From assembly GCA_964016885.1 (NCBI GenBank), contig OZ024741.1, positions 355,446,001 to 355,510,000 on the forward strand: a stretch of 64,000 nt of DNA, written 5' to 3'. Below, piece after piece: positions 26,876 to 40,264 of this stretch. Each line of letters begins with the position of its first letter. Positions within the stretch are counted from its first letter, which is position 1. Below the pieces are notes generated by a model that saw only the letters and a list, made by a program, of their open reading frames with translations, ran no database searches and had not been told where the DNA came from. Source of the stretch: Eledone cirrhosa (Eukaryota). The position numbers and the translations under genes were made by a program.

Positions 26876-27220
26876 TGTTTTTAGATATTTTCTGCTGAAT
26901 CATTGCAGGATGTTCAGAGTTAAAGGTTTATTACACATTTTTCTAAATTAATCAATTCTCTAACTAAAACAGTATTTGTTTCATTGAATGTCTTATTAAA
27001 ATTAGGGTGATGAAGATTGTCTTTTAAATATAGGTTTCAGTTCTGAGATTTTTGGAAAATGGGATAAAGGGTACTGTAATTTTCGGAGAATTGTGTAAGG
27101 ATTCCGTGACAAGTTTGAAAAATACTTGGTTATGGAATTCTCACTTGCCATCATTAATCTCCATATTGTTAGGAAAACAATAACTAAATATTGTTAGACA
27201 TTATTTTTATTTTTTACCAG

Positions 27221-27368
27221 TGCTAAAGCTGACTTAAAGAAAGAAACAGATCCTTTGAAGAAAATGGTTCTGGATGGCCGACAATTGGCTCTGAAAATCA
27301 GTGCCAATTCTGTGTATGGTTTCACCGGTGCTCAAGTTGGCAAGCTTCCATGTCTTGAAATTTCACAG
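27221..27368 (+). CDS. POLD1: POLD1 exon with Pol motif B ([33 protein letters not shown])
   Basis: taccag acceptor, gtatg donor, 148 nt; KxxxNSxYG. Confidence 0.97.
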
Positions 27369-27994
27369 GTATGTATATATGAAGCGAGTATTTAATAAGA
27401 TATAAATGAGAATGATAATATTTGTCTTTGTGTACTGTGTATCAACAGAAGTCACCAGTGAAGTGAAGGTGGTTAGTAGTTATCATTAGAAGTAAGATAA
27501 AGTAATGTTGACGACAATTTGTAGTTCGTTATAACAGAATTTATTAACAATGTTTAAGGTGAGAAGAGCTGTATTAAGCTTGGTTGGTTGGCATGCCAAA
27601 ATAAATGAACAAACAAATTAAGATCTGTAGAGAAGACACGGTCCAGTGGCTGAAGTGAGAAGCCAGGCCGCGGTAATGTTTCGTAGTTACATATTGGAAT
27701 GATGTTTGTGGAGCGAAAGAAGGATAGGTGTTTATCTTACTGCAGTTCACTTTTGCCTATTTCTCAAAGATAACGATGATGATGATGATCATCATCTTCG
27801 TTTAACGTCCATCTTACACGCTAGCATGGGTTAGATGATGATGATGAAAATAAGGGGTCGTGTAATATACATGTATATATGGTACTTTCACTGCCCTAAT
27901 TCTGATACTCAGGTTGCTGGTATTTAAAGGGCTAAACAATTTATGAAATATATTCTTTGTATGCACAAAAGTCATATGAAATATATTACAAGTG

Positions 27995-28025
<31 letters not shown>

Positions 28026-28360
28026 GTTTTTTGAAATTTACAAAAATTACACAATACAACAGCTTCTGTCTGACAACATCTGCTGCCCCCATACCAGTAA
28101 TTAGAGCAAGTTGGTTGTTGTTTTACTGGAAGGGCTGGGGCATGGTTTTGAAGGATGTGTTTGAATTTAAATGGTTGGTGCCGTATGATTTTGTGGGTAG
28201 GGTTGATTGTAGGATTATGATTTGTGGATAGCATGGGTTTGGTTTAGATTTGTTTGTCTTTTAATTAAGGCATATATGGTCTTGTATACAAAAGGCAAAC
28301 AGAAAAAACAAAGCAAATGGCACAGTACAATGAAGAATATATTATTAGTTTTACTCATGA

Positions 28361-28544
28361 AGGGCGGTGAATTGGCAGTATCAGTAGAGGGTTGGACATG
28401 CTTTCCAGCATAGTTACGTCCCTTTAAGATCTGAGTTCAAATCCCGCCGAAGTTAACTTTGCCTTTCATCCATACAGAGGTTGATAAAATAAAGTACCAG
28501 TAATGTACTGGGTAATTGCTGGCCTTGTGCCAAAAGTAGAAACA
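28361..28544 (+). mobile_element. SINE family 2, full length
   Basis: 20-bp TSD attattagttttac(t/g)catga at 28341-28360 and 28545-28564. Confidence 0.88.
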
Positions 28545-28751
28545 ATTATTAGTTTTACGCATGATTTAGTAAGAAAAGAGTCTTAACATTTTGGATGCTA
28601 GTCCTTCATCAGAAAATAGAATGAGAAATTATAGAAGAAATAGAAAGATAGAGGAGACTGGGCAGTGGCAGAAACGAAAAACATTTTTTTGAGAAAAAAC
28701 ACGCCTATTCATGTCGTCTATGATATGTGTGTGCGTGTATGTATGTGTATG

Positions 28752-29038
28752 GTATTCGTAGGGTTACGTTCCTAGAGAACCCGCGAAGAGTGAAAAACTG
28801 CGAATATAGGACATGATCCATAAAAATGCCTATAAACGTCAAAACATAACGTAAAATATAGCCCAGCAAATACGGTATATTATTAATAATTTAGCGTTAA
28901 AAAGCGTGAAAAAAGCCATAATAAATTGCAGAAGATATTTACAATTCTGCGAATATGCAGTGGTTTCCATGAACAATTATTAGTTAGGTTCTAAGGAAAA
29001 TTCTGCGAATAACCGGGACCACAAATGCTGGGGTTACA

Positions 29039-29041
<3 letters not shown>
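28752..29041. mobile_element. Tigger/pogo-like non-autonomous fragment
   Basis: Right end ...gggttacactg|TA; internal ccgcgaa/tgcgaata subterminal motifs; left TIR missing. Confidence 0.55.
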
Positions 29042-29094
<53 letters not shown>

Positions 29095-29160
29095 ACAATG
29101 CATAGGAATGTCAATGGTGTATAAAGTTTCTTGTTTTCTATTTTTTTCATATACTCTAAG

Positions 29161-29298
29161 GTAATTTATGGTGATACAGATTCTGTGATGTGTAATTTTG
29201 GAGTTGAAACTGTTGCTGAAGCTATGGAACTTGGGAAGGAAGCAGCAGAATATATTTCCAGCAAATTTGTCAAACCTATTAAATTGGAATTTGAAAAG
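29161..29298 (+). CDS. POLD1: POLD1 exon with Pol motif C ([11 protein letters not shown]...PIKLEFEK)
   Basis: ctaag acceptor, gtaag donor, 138 nt; YGDTDS. Confidence 0.97.
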
Positions 29299-29347
29299 GT
29301 AAGTTTTAAAAAAAGTTCATATCATAATTAATACAGTCAGCCAACAC

Positions 29348-32300
29348 TAAAACGGTAGTACTAGTACTGTAATAAAATATACCAAGCCCACACTGTAAAG
29401 TGGTAGTGCTGGTACTGTAATAAAATATACCAAGCCCACACTGTAAAGTGGTAGTGCTGGTACTGTAATAAAATATACCAAGCCCACACTGTAAAGTGGT
29501 AGTGCTAGTACTGTAATAAAATATACCAAGCCCACACTGTAAAGTGGTAGTGCTGGTACTGTAATAATATATACCAAGCCCACACTGTAAAGTGGTAGTG
29601 CTGGTACTGTAATAAAATATACCAAGCCCACACTGTAAAGTGGTAGTGCTGGTACTGTAATAAAATATACCAAGCCCACACTGTAAAGTGGTAGTGCTAG
29701 TACTGTAATAAAATATACCAAGCCCACACTGTAAAGTGGTAGTGCTGGTACTGTAATAAAATATACCAAGCCCACACTGTAAAGTGGTAGTGCTGGTACT
29801 GTAATAATATATACCAAGCCTACACTGTAAAGTGGTAGTGCTGGTACTGTAATAAAATATACCAAGCCCACACTGTAAAGTGGTAGTGCTGGTACTGTAA
29901 TAAAATATACCAAGCCCACACTGTAAAGTGGTAGTGCTGGTACTGTAATAAAATATACCAAGCCCACACTGTAAAGTGGTAGTGCTGGTACTGTAATAAT
30001 ATATACCAAGCCTACACTGTAAAGTGGTAGTGCTGGTACTGTAATAAAATATACCAAGCCCACACTGTAAAGTGGTAGTGCTGGTACTGTAATAAAATAT
30101 ACCAAGTCCACACTGTAAAGTGGTAGTGGTGGTACTGTAATAAAATATACCAAGTCCACACTGTAAAGTGGTAGTGCTGGTACTGTAATAAAATATACCA
30201 AGCCCACACTGTAAAGTGGTAGTGCTGGTACTGTAATAAAATATACCAAGCCCACACTGTAAAGTGGTAGTGCTGGTACTGTAATAAAATATACCAAGCC
30301 CACACTGTAAAGTGGTAGTGCTGGTACTGTAATAAAATATACCAAGCCCACACTGTAAAGTGGTAGTGCTGGTACTGTAATAAAATATACCAAGCCCACA
30401 CTGTAAAGTGGTAGTGCTAGTACTGTAATAATATATACCAAGCCCACACTGTAAAGTGGTAGTGCTGGTACTGTAATAAAATATACCAAGCCCACACTGT
30501 AAAGTGGTAGTGCTGGTACTGTAATAATATATACCAAGCCCACACTGTAAAGTGGTAGTGCTGGTACTGTAATAAAATATACCAAGCCCACACTGTAAAG
30601 TGGTAGTGCTAGTACTGTAATAAAATATACCAAGTCCACACTGTAAAGTGGTAGTGCTGGTACTGTAATAATATATACCAAGCCCACACTGTAAAGTGGT
30701 AGTGCTGGTACTGTAATAAAATATACCAAGCCCACACTGTAAAGTGGTAGTGCTAGTACTGTAATAAAATATACCAAGCCCACACTGTAAAGTGGTAGTG
30801 CTGGTACTGTAATAATATATACCAAGCCCACACTGTAAAGTGGTAGTGCTGGTACTGTAATAAAATATACCAAGCCCACACTGTAAAGTGGTAGTGCTAG
30901 TACTGTAATAATATATACCAAGCCCACACTGTAAAGTGGTAGTGCTAGTACTGTAATAATATATACCAAGCCCACACTGTAAAGTGGTAGTGCTGGTACT
31001 GTAATAAAATATACCAAGCCCACACTGTAAAGTGGTAGTGCTAGTACTGTAATAAAATATACCAAGCCCACACTGTAAAGTGGTAGTGCTGGTACTGTAA
31101 TAATATATACCAAGCCCACACTGTAAAGTGGTAGTGCTGGTACTGTAATAAAATATACCAAGCCCACACTGTAAAGTGGTAGTGCTGGTACTGTAATAAT
31201 ATATACCAAGCCTACACTGTAACGTGGTAGTGCTGGTACTGTAATAAAATATACCAAGCCCACACTGTAAAGTGGTAGTGCTGGTACTGTAATAATATAT
31301 ACCAAGCCCACACTGTAAAGTGGTAGTGCTGGTACTGTAATAAAATATACCAAGCCTACACTGTAAAGTGGTAGTGCTGGTACTGTAATAAAATATACCA
31401 AGCCTACACTGTAAAGTGGTAGTGCTGGTACTGTAATAAAATATACCAAGCCTACACTGTAAAGTGGTAGTGCTGGTACTGTAATAAAATATACCAAGCC
31501 TACACTGTAAAGTGGTAGTGCTGGTACTGTAATAATATATACCAAGCCCACACTGTAAAGTGGTAGTGCTGGTACTGTAATAAAATATACCAAGCCCACA
31601 CTGTAAAGTGGTAGTGCTGGTACTGTAATAATATATACCAAGCCCACACTGTAAAGTGGTAGTGCTAGTACTGTAATAATATATACCAAGCCTACACTGT
31701 AACGTGGTAGTGCTGGTACTGTAATAATATATACCAAGCCTACACTGTAACGTGGTAGTGCTGGTACTGTAATAATATATACCAAGCCTACACTGTAACG
31801 TGGTAGTGCTGGTACTGTAATAAAATATACCAAGCCCACACTGTAAAGTGGTAGTGCTAGTACTGTAATAATATATACCAAGCCCACACTGTAAAGTGGT
31901 AGTGCTGGTACTGTAATAAAATATACCAAGCCCACACTGTAAAGTGGTAGTGCTGGTACTGTAATAATATATACCAAGCCTACACTGTAACGTGGTAGTG
32001 CTGGTACTGTAATAATATATACCAAGCCTACTCTGTAACGTGGTAGTGCTGGTACTGTAATAATATATACCAAGCCCACACTGTAAAGTGGTAGTGCTGG
32101 TACTGTAATAAAATATACCAAGCCCACACTGTAACGTGGTAGTGCTGGTACTGTAATAAAATATACCAAGCCCACACTGTAAAGTGGTAGTGCTAGTACT
32201 GTAATAAAATATACCAAGCCCACACTGTAAAGTGGTAGTGCTGGTACTGTAATAATATATACCAAGCCTACACTGTAACGTGGTAGTGCTGGTACTGTAA

Positions 32301-32775
32301 TAATATATACCAAGCCCACACTGTAAAGTGGTAGTGCTAGTACTGTAATAAAATATACCAAGCCCACACTGTAAAGTGGTAGTGCTGGTACTGTAATAAA
32401 ATATACCAAGCCCACACTGTAAAGTGGTAGTGCTGGTACTGTAATAAAATATACCAAGCCCACACTGTAAAGTGGTAGTGCTGGTACTGTAATAATATAT
32501 ACCAAGCCTACACTGTAACGTGGTAGTGCTGGTACTGTAATAATATATACCAAGCCCACACTGTAAAGTGGTAGTGCTAGTACTGTAATAAAATATACCA
32601 AGCCCACACTGTAAAGTGGTAGTGCTGGTACTGTAATAATATATACCAAGCCCACACTGTAAAGTGGTAGTGCTAGTACTGTAATAAAATATACCAAGCC
32701 TACACTGTAACATGGTAGTGCTGGTACTGTAATAATATATACCAAGCCTACACTGTAACGTGGTAGTGCTAGTAC
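29348..32775. repeat. 48-bp minisatellite, about 71 copies
   Basis: Unit gtggtagtgctggtactgtaataaaatataccaagcccacactgtaaa with ~4 recurrent variable positions. Confidence 0.98.
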
Positions 32776-33292
32776 CAGGAAAAAGCACTCAATGCACCTT
32801 GTCAGGTGGTAGTGATGTCATGAGTAAATACACCCAGCCCACTCTGTAAAGTAATAGTGCAGGTATCACAAAAAAACCCACCCAGTCTACCCTGTCAGGT
32901 GGTAGTAGTGGTGCCATGATAAAACAAACTTGTTACGCATTGTGAAGTGTTGGGCAATATGAAGGGCATCCAGCCATAGAAATCGGGCCAAAATGAAACA
33001 CGAGTCATCTGATCTGCCTGTCCAGTCTCAGAATGTCTAACCCATTCAAACATGGAAAAGACATAAAATGGTGATGATAATTATTTCTACTTTTGGCACA
33101 AGGCCAGCAAATACCCAGTACATTACTGGTACTTTATTTTATCGACCCCGTAAGGATGAAAGGCAAAGTTAACCTCGGCGGGATTTGAACTCGGATGGCA
33201 AGGGCTGTAACTCTATGCTAGAAAGCATAGCGTCCAACCCTCTACCGATACTGCCAATCACCCGCAGTGATAATATGGTGATAATAATAATC

Positions 33293-33634
33293 CATTGGAT
33301 GTGCAATGTCAATGTGCGTGAACGACCAAGCATGGATGTGTTGAGAGAGAAACTGTCTGAGAGGGATAAATTGTAGTGTGCAGGAGAGGAGACTGCGATG
33401 GTATGGACATGTGATGCACATAGAGGATGACCGATGGGTGAAGAAGTGCCAAGAATTGCCAGTTGAAGGAAGACGCAGTCGAGGTAGACCATGAAAAACA
33501 TGGGCGGAGGTGGTGAGAGCAGACCTCAGATTGCTGAAACTCACAGTGGAGATGACGAAGGACCGTGACAAGTGGAGAGATGCCGTCCCACCCTTGCAAG
33601 CAGGGAAAAGCGGACGTAAAATGATGATGATGAT
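33293..33634 (+). mobile_element. RTE LINE 3' fragment
   Basis: WMCNVNVRERPS, RLRWYGHV; gcaagcagggaaaagcggacgtaaaatgatgatg end. Confidence 0.88.
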
Positions 33635-33670
33635 GGGTGGATGAATGTAGATATTTGGCTATGCATTTAA

Positions 33671-33808
33671 CCCTTTAGCATTTATGTTACTCTATATTTA
33701 CTGTTATATTTTCGCGGTAAAGGCTTTACCTCACATAATACTTCAGATAATATTGAATCTATACAGAAGTATGAGTAGCCAGTTACGGCCGGTTTAAATG
33801 CTAAAGGG
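33671..33808. mobile_element. piggyBac-like MITE
   Basis: TTAA|CCCTTTAGCATTTA ... TAAATGCTAAAGGG|TTAA. Confidence 0.8.
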
Positions 33809-34551
33809 TTAAGGAATTTGTTACGCAACCATGTGGTTCTGGTTTTTCTTCCACTACATGGCACCTTGAGCAAGTGTTTTTCTACTATAGTTTCAGGCTG
33901 ATTAATGCCTTATGGATGGAATTTGGTAGATGGAAACTGTAAAAGCTTATCATTATAGTCATCACCCCTTTTGAAACAGGTTGCCTAGATTTAGTTGTTA
34001 ATATTTCCTTCCATAAATATTCTAACAATTTCCAAAATAAATTAACTAGAGATCAAAACATTTAGATCTTTCCACTATGCATTCATACTATCTGATAAAA
34101 CTAAAAGCTAACAACCTGTATCAGCTAAATAGTCCTGACATAGGCCAAGATTGGGTGATATGAATGTTTATATAAAAAATATGCAAATCAAATTAAATCG
34201 AGGAGATAAAAAATTCCAGCCTTGTTACATTGTGTTATGTGGATTCAGCTTTGTAATTTTATGTTAAAAATATGCTCAGTGACTTAAAAATTAATTTAAC
34301 AAGTCAGGCGTACAGTTGATAAGACACTTATCATCAAAACCTATGAACAATTTCATCCATTTTAATAGTGACTTTACCAGATTTCTGCTTTCATATGGTA
34401 GTCAACAATTTGGGAGCGGTCAATAAATACAAAATATACAATAGTAAAAAACTGTAACAGAGACCACTGAAATGCATATAACAGCTATTACATAAATAAA
34501 ATATGGTGAAATTTTAACCTACTGCCATCTGCTTCATTACTGTGTGTGTGT

Positions 34552-37460
34552 ATCATCATCATCATTTTACGTCCGCTTTTCCCTGCTTGCAAGGGTGAGA
34601 TAGGTCCTATTCAGCACAGCATCTCTCCACTTGTCATGGTCCTTTGTCATCTCCATGAGCCTCAGCGATAGGAGGTCTGATCTCACCACCTCCGCCCATG
34701 ATTTTCGTGGTCTTTCTCTACCGCGTCTTCCTTCTACTGGGATTTCTTGGCACTTCTTTACGCAGCGGTCATCCTCCATGCGCATCACATGTCCATACCA
34801 TTTCAGTCTTTTCTCCGGCACACCACAACTTATTCCTCTTATATACAGTTTCTCTCTCAACTCATCTATGCTTGGTCGTTTGCGCACATTGACATTGCAC
34901 ATCCAACGGCGCATGTTTGCTTCATTTCTCTCTGGCCGTCGCATATCCTCTGTAGTTGCTGCCCATGTCCCACTACCATGCAGCATCGCGCATCTCACAC
35001 AGGCATCTTATAACCGGCCTTTCGTATGCAGGGAGAAACCATTCTTTGTTAACAGAGAAAGCAGCTCCCTAAACCTCTTCCAACCCGTCTTTATTCTAGA
35101 TACTATGGCCTTGAAACACCCTGATCCCATGCTAATCTGATCACCTAGGTACCAGAAGCTATCAACCACTTCTATAGAACCCACCTGCATTTTAAAAATG
35201 TGTCTATCACTGCAATTACTACTGTCAAATTTCCCTGTACATCTACTGCACACGTAGTTTTCCCTACCTGTTAGTTTGCCTGCTATCCCACTACATCTCT
35301 TATGTTTGAAGACATTTTAAAGAATTTATGCCAGTTTCTTTTCTACATATCGAACATGGCCATTTCCCTGATGGAATCAGAGTTTTGACCTCTTTTCTAC
35401 TTATCAACACTTTTGTCTTAGCTATGTTTACACTCAGTCCTCTTGATTCCAACTGCTGTTTTCATAGCCAGAATTTCTTCTCAAGCTCCTCTACTGATGC
35501 TGCTATAAGAACCAGATCATCAGCATAGAGAAGTTCCCATGGGCAGCCAGTCTTAAACTCCTCTTTTATGGCTTGGAGGACTATAATGAACAAGAGCAGG
35601 CTGAAGACCGAACCTTGATATACTCCTACTTGTATCTGGAATTCCCCACTAAACTCCATTCCTACCCTGACTTTACTGACAGTACCTCTGTACAAAGTTT
35701 GCACTGTCCTCACAAACCCTTCCTCTACACCTAGTTTGCTTAGGGATCACCAGATGACAGATCGGGTTACCCTATCAAAGGCTTTCTCTAGGTCAACAAA
35801 AGCTAAGTATAGTGGCTTATTCTTCTCTAAGAACCTCTCTTGTAGTTGTCTCACTAAGAAGAGGGCATCTGTTGTACTTTTCCCAGGCACAAAACAAAAC
35901 TGCATCTCATCTAATTTGACCGTTTCTCTAATTAATTGCGCTAATATTCTCTCTGCCACTTTCATAACCTGATCCATCAGCTTTATGCCCCTATAATTGC
36001 TCCTCTCCAGAGCATCCCCTTTACCTTTGTAGCAATTTATGAGAATACTGCTGCACCAGTCTTTGGGTATGACACCGCCATATGGCTTATCGAAAGGTTG
36101 TGAGTTCAATTCTCAGACTGGGTGATGTGTTGTTTCCTTGAGCAAGACAATTTATTTCACATTGCTCCAGTTTACTCAGCTGTAGAAATGAGATGATAGG
36201 GACTCGGGTTCCTACCATTCCACTGCAAAGTGGTTGTGGAGGTGCCACGGCAAAAAAAGCACCTAGCACTCACTGTAAATGAGCTTGGTGTTAGGAAGGG
36301 CATCCAGCTGTAGAAATCAAGCCAGAATCAGTTCTCATCCGCCTCTTGCAAGCAGGAAAAAGCGGACATAAAAGTGATGATGATGTGTGCAACCTGTTTA
36401 GTGCCTACTTCTCCTGATGCCTTCAGCATCTCAGCAACTATCCCTGACGGTCCAGCGGCCTTACCATTTTTCATTTCCTTAATTGCCTCTTGGACCCTAT
36501 ATTCGTCAATCTCAATAGCTGGTTCCTCTGTCGGGTCTACTGGGGGTAATTTCTCTCTCTTCCATTCGTTCTCCACATTCATCAGTCTCTCATAATGACA
36601 TTTCCAGGCCTCCTTTTACTGATCATTCGTGACACTAGGTATACCAGCATCATTCTGGACACACTTATCTCCAACAACATCCTGATTTACACATGCGGAA
36701 CACCGCACGTCTCTGATCTTCCTGTTGCAGAACATTGCCAAACGCCCTACTCTCAGCCTCCCTGCATGCTAAATACACCCCACGTCTAGCTTCTCTCTTA
36801 GCGGCTGTTTATCCGTCTCTACTCCCACCATTTTTCCAAGCATTCTATGCTAGTCTTTTGTCTCTAATGGCCCTATCTACCATGCTGTTCCACCACCAGG
36901 TCACTCTCTGTCTGGTCTGGTTGGAGCTCTGCTCCAGCCACAAGTTTCATCAGTAGCCTGCAGTAAGTTGTCACGTAAGAAATTCCAGTCATCATCTATG
37001 TCATACTAATCTAAATCGTTTTCTTTTTCGTCATACACATCTTGAAGGGCTTTCCTAAATTTATATTTTAGTGAAAGGTCTTTTAGCTTCCAGACCTTTC
37101 TTTTCCACACCTTCCTGTATGTCTCATTTTGTCTCTTGCTTACTGATATGTCACTAACGACTAACCTATGCTGTGGGATACATTCTTCCTCGGGGTATGC
37201 CTTAATATTTGACGCCATCTGTCTGTCTCGCTGCCTAACTAGCAAGAAGTCAATCTGGCTTATATGCTCGCTTAATTTGTAGGTTATTAGGTGGTTGGTA
37301 GGTTTCTTGAAGTTAGTATTGCAAATGGTTAGTGCACTTGCATCACAAAATTCAAGAAGCCTCACTCCTTCATTTCTTGAGCCATAACCGTGTCCACCAT
37401 GTACCCCTGTGTATCCATCGTGGTGCTGTCCAACATGACCATTGAAGTCCCCTGCTAGCA
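34552..37460 (-). mobile_element. Degenerate RTE LINE interrupted by a SINE
   Basis: ORF pieces 37006..37485 (APE GDFNGH), 35747..36109, 35462..35713 (YADD), 34567..34998. Confidence 0.92.
36081..36381 (+). mobile_element. SINE with RTE tail inserted into an RTE LINE
   Basis: Homologous to 2990-3476; interrupts RT-coding sequence in opposite orientation. Confidence 0.8.
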
Positions 37461-38815
37461 TATATGTATATATATATATAGGCACCTCTTAATATATATA
37501 TATATATACCCCCCCCCCCCCCCCCCCACACTCCACACATCCTACCCCATCCTCCCATTTCCCTCCACTGTCTGTGACACACCAAAAAGCACCCAGTTCA
37601 CACTGTAAAGGTGGTTGGTGTTAGGAAGGGCATCCAACCATAGAAAATCTGCCAGAGACACTTCCATACAAGCGAGATACGGTCTCCTGACCAATCCTGC
37701 ATCAAATGGAACAAAACCGTCTAACCCATGCTAGCGTGGAAGATGGACGTTAAACGATGATGGTGATGATGATGATATATTATTCAATTTAGGAAAGTTG
37801 GTTGATCAGATAATCCACTGACTTTTGTTGTAAACAGATGTAAAGAATTCTACGACTTGTATTCCTTAAAGTGTCATTAATAAGGTATTAACTGGTATGT
37901 CTATATTATAAAGAAGAGAGACAGTTTTCAATGTACATCCCCTGTTTATTATATAATCCTGTTATACGTATTTCGAAGATGTCAAAGTGATTGCATAATA
38001 ACCCTTTGACGTGTTCTCTTCTAACAGGTGGAAAGTTGTAATTTGATTTTGATATGTTACTGGCATTGTGGTAGCAGTCCTCTCCAGTAGTCATATAATT
38101 TGGATGGTTATTATACTAGGCCAATAGGATGCGAGTGATGCTATTTTTGCTGAAATTCTTGAGATGGTAAGATGGTTATTGTATTAATAGGAGACACCAG
38201 ATGATCAACAAACGCTCTGACCTATTTAATACTTATATGCATAAAATATCTAAAACTTTCATGAGATTATATAGTTAACATCATCCATAGACATTGACCT
38301 ACACTTCAACATAATCACTAAGCCTAAAAATTCAGTGTGTCGTTATATAGTTACACATGAATCTCCTCTAATAACCCATAGCCCGGCAATATAAATATGT
38401 AGCGTTAAGATTAAACAAATAAATAAGTAGATTATCCGCACCAAATCTTTAACATTTATGATCTAGAGCAACTATCTTACCATCCCTAGAATTTCAGCAA
38501 GAATAGCGTCTCGCGCATTCTATCTGCCAACTATATTAGCCATCCAAATCATATGACTACTGGAGTATGGTCTATTAATTTCTTTTAAATTTTTTCATCA
38601 ACTTTTCCATGCTGGTATGTGTTGAATGGGACTTTTTGAGGCAATACAGTCAGATGCCCTTCCAGATTCTAATCCTTTTAGTCATTTCTTACGACATGCA
38701 GGGTTATCGTGTACTTATTCTAAATGGGATTCTTATTCTCAACTCTTTGTATGCTATATCCTCAACGCAACCACCTCGCCACTATCTCTCTCTTTCTCTC
38801 TTGCTTTCTTTCCAG

Positions 38816-38988
38816 GTTTATTTCCCATACTTGTTGATCAACAAGAAGCGCTATGCTGGGTTGTACTGGACTAACCCCAATAAGTACGACAAGATGGACT
38901 GCAAGGGCATTGAGACTGTTCGTCGAGACAATTCTCCTTTGGTTGCCAACCTCATTAACTGCTGTTTAAAAATGCTTCTCATAGAAAG
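38816..38988 (+). CDS. POLD1: POLD1 exon ([16 protein letters not shown]...[10 protein letters not shown]...LLIER)
   Basis: ttccag acceptor, gtact donor, 173 nt; KKRY and KGxETVRRD motifs. Confidence 0.97.
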
Positions 38989-39248
38989 GTACTTTACATT
39001 GTTTCATTGATTTTGTTTTATGCTCTTTTGATACAAAACTGTTTGAAACTGCCCCTAGTTCTATGATACAAAGCTGTTTATTTGAAATTGTGTACATTTA
39101 TCTAAAAACCTTGCATCATAATATTTTGTAAGAACCTTTAAGTTATGCTATAAATACAGGTTAATAATGAAGCAAAAGTTAGCTATATTACTTGATTATT
39201 TTCAAAGTAATTTGAAAATCATAGGTAGTGTTTCTTTTATTAGAAGCA

Positions 39249-39367
39249 CTAGCAGAAAAACCGCCCACAGGGCGGTTTTCTACTAGCATATGTAGTGTGC
39301 ATATTGGTATTATACGCAAATATATGTGCATATAGATATATGTAAATTGAAAAGTAAATTGACAATA
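39249..39367 (-). mobile_element. Helitron-like 3' terminus
   Basis: AAAACCGCCC-3nt-GGGCGGTTTT hairpin followed by CTAG|T on minus strand; second copy at ~23983-24102. Confidence 0.55.
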
Positions 39368-40000
39368 TCTTCTTCTTCACCCACTTATTTCTGAGAGGGT
39401 TGTGGGGGCAGAGTCCTTCTCAAACACTCCTTCCAGTGAGTCTGTTAGTAGCAAACATCTCTAACTGATCCAGCTGGATCCCAAAGTATGACCAGCCAAG
39501 CTCATGGATGTTATCTAACTATCTTGCTCAGGGTCTACCTCTGGGTCTCTTGCCAGTTGGTTTTGCCTGTAAAATGTGTTCAGCGATTCTTTCCTGAGAC
39601 ATTCTAACCACATGCTCATAATATCGGAGTTGTGATCTCTCAATTCGGAGAAGAAGCGGCTCTACCAGGAGTGACTCTCTGGTCTCTGAGTTATGCACTT
39701 TATCGAGTAAAGTTACTCCAAAGACTCTTCAGAGGAATCCCATATCTACCACTTTTATTTGCAATTGAATTCTTTTGGTCATTACTCGAGATTCATGATC
39801 CTCGGTAAGAGTTGGCAGGAATACCAGGAAGACAGCGAGTTTGGCTTTTAAACTTACTTCTGAATGCTGAGGCTGGCGCATTACTGCATCAGCTTTTGCA
39901 ATTCTTGCACTTAATTCAGCTTCCTGCATTCCATCAAACCTGAACACGGCTCCAAGATACTTGAACTTCTCTAACTGCTTCAGTAGAACTCCATTCACAT
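39368..40000 (-). mobile_element. 3' fragment of second RTE family
   Basis: ORF 39729..40136 FKYLGAVFRFDG...LPTLT..HES; gaaataagtgggtgaagaagaag end. Confidence 0.8.
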
Positions 40001-40264
40001 GTATATAAATTTGAGGGACTTCTGTCCACCCGTCCATCATGCAATGTGTATGTGTGAATGTATGTGTGTGTAAAAGGAAGGAAAAGGATACACACATATA
40101 TATGTCTAACTTAAAAACAGTGACACACACACACACGTGTCTCTAATTTAAGAACGCCAACAAACTCACGCGTGCACAGATACACACTGTCCTATTACCA
40201 CTCAAGAGCTTTGGCCTGGGCAAACATTCTCTCAATTTTGGAACTGTCTGGGTTGTGCTGAATT

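Noticed and set aside
28290-28340. RQTEKTKQM resembling the missing POLD1 exon (RQMIEKTKQL)
   Set aside because: Part of a dispersed repeat also at ~11100 and ~16680; lacks SVT..G and a suitable 96-nt exon with splice sites
29348-32775. CRISPR-like array
   Set aside because: Contiguous tandem units with no unique spacers, no cas genes, eukaryotic intron
29306-32788. 1160-aa and 1132-aa minus-strand ORFs of 16-aa repeats
   Set aside because: By-product of a 48-bp unit lacking stops in two frames; unit derives from non-coding retroposon UTR; no gene context
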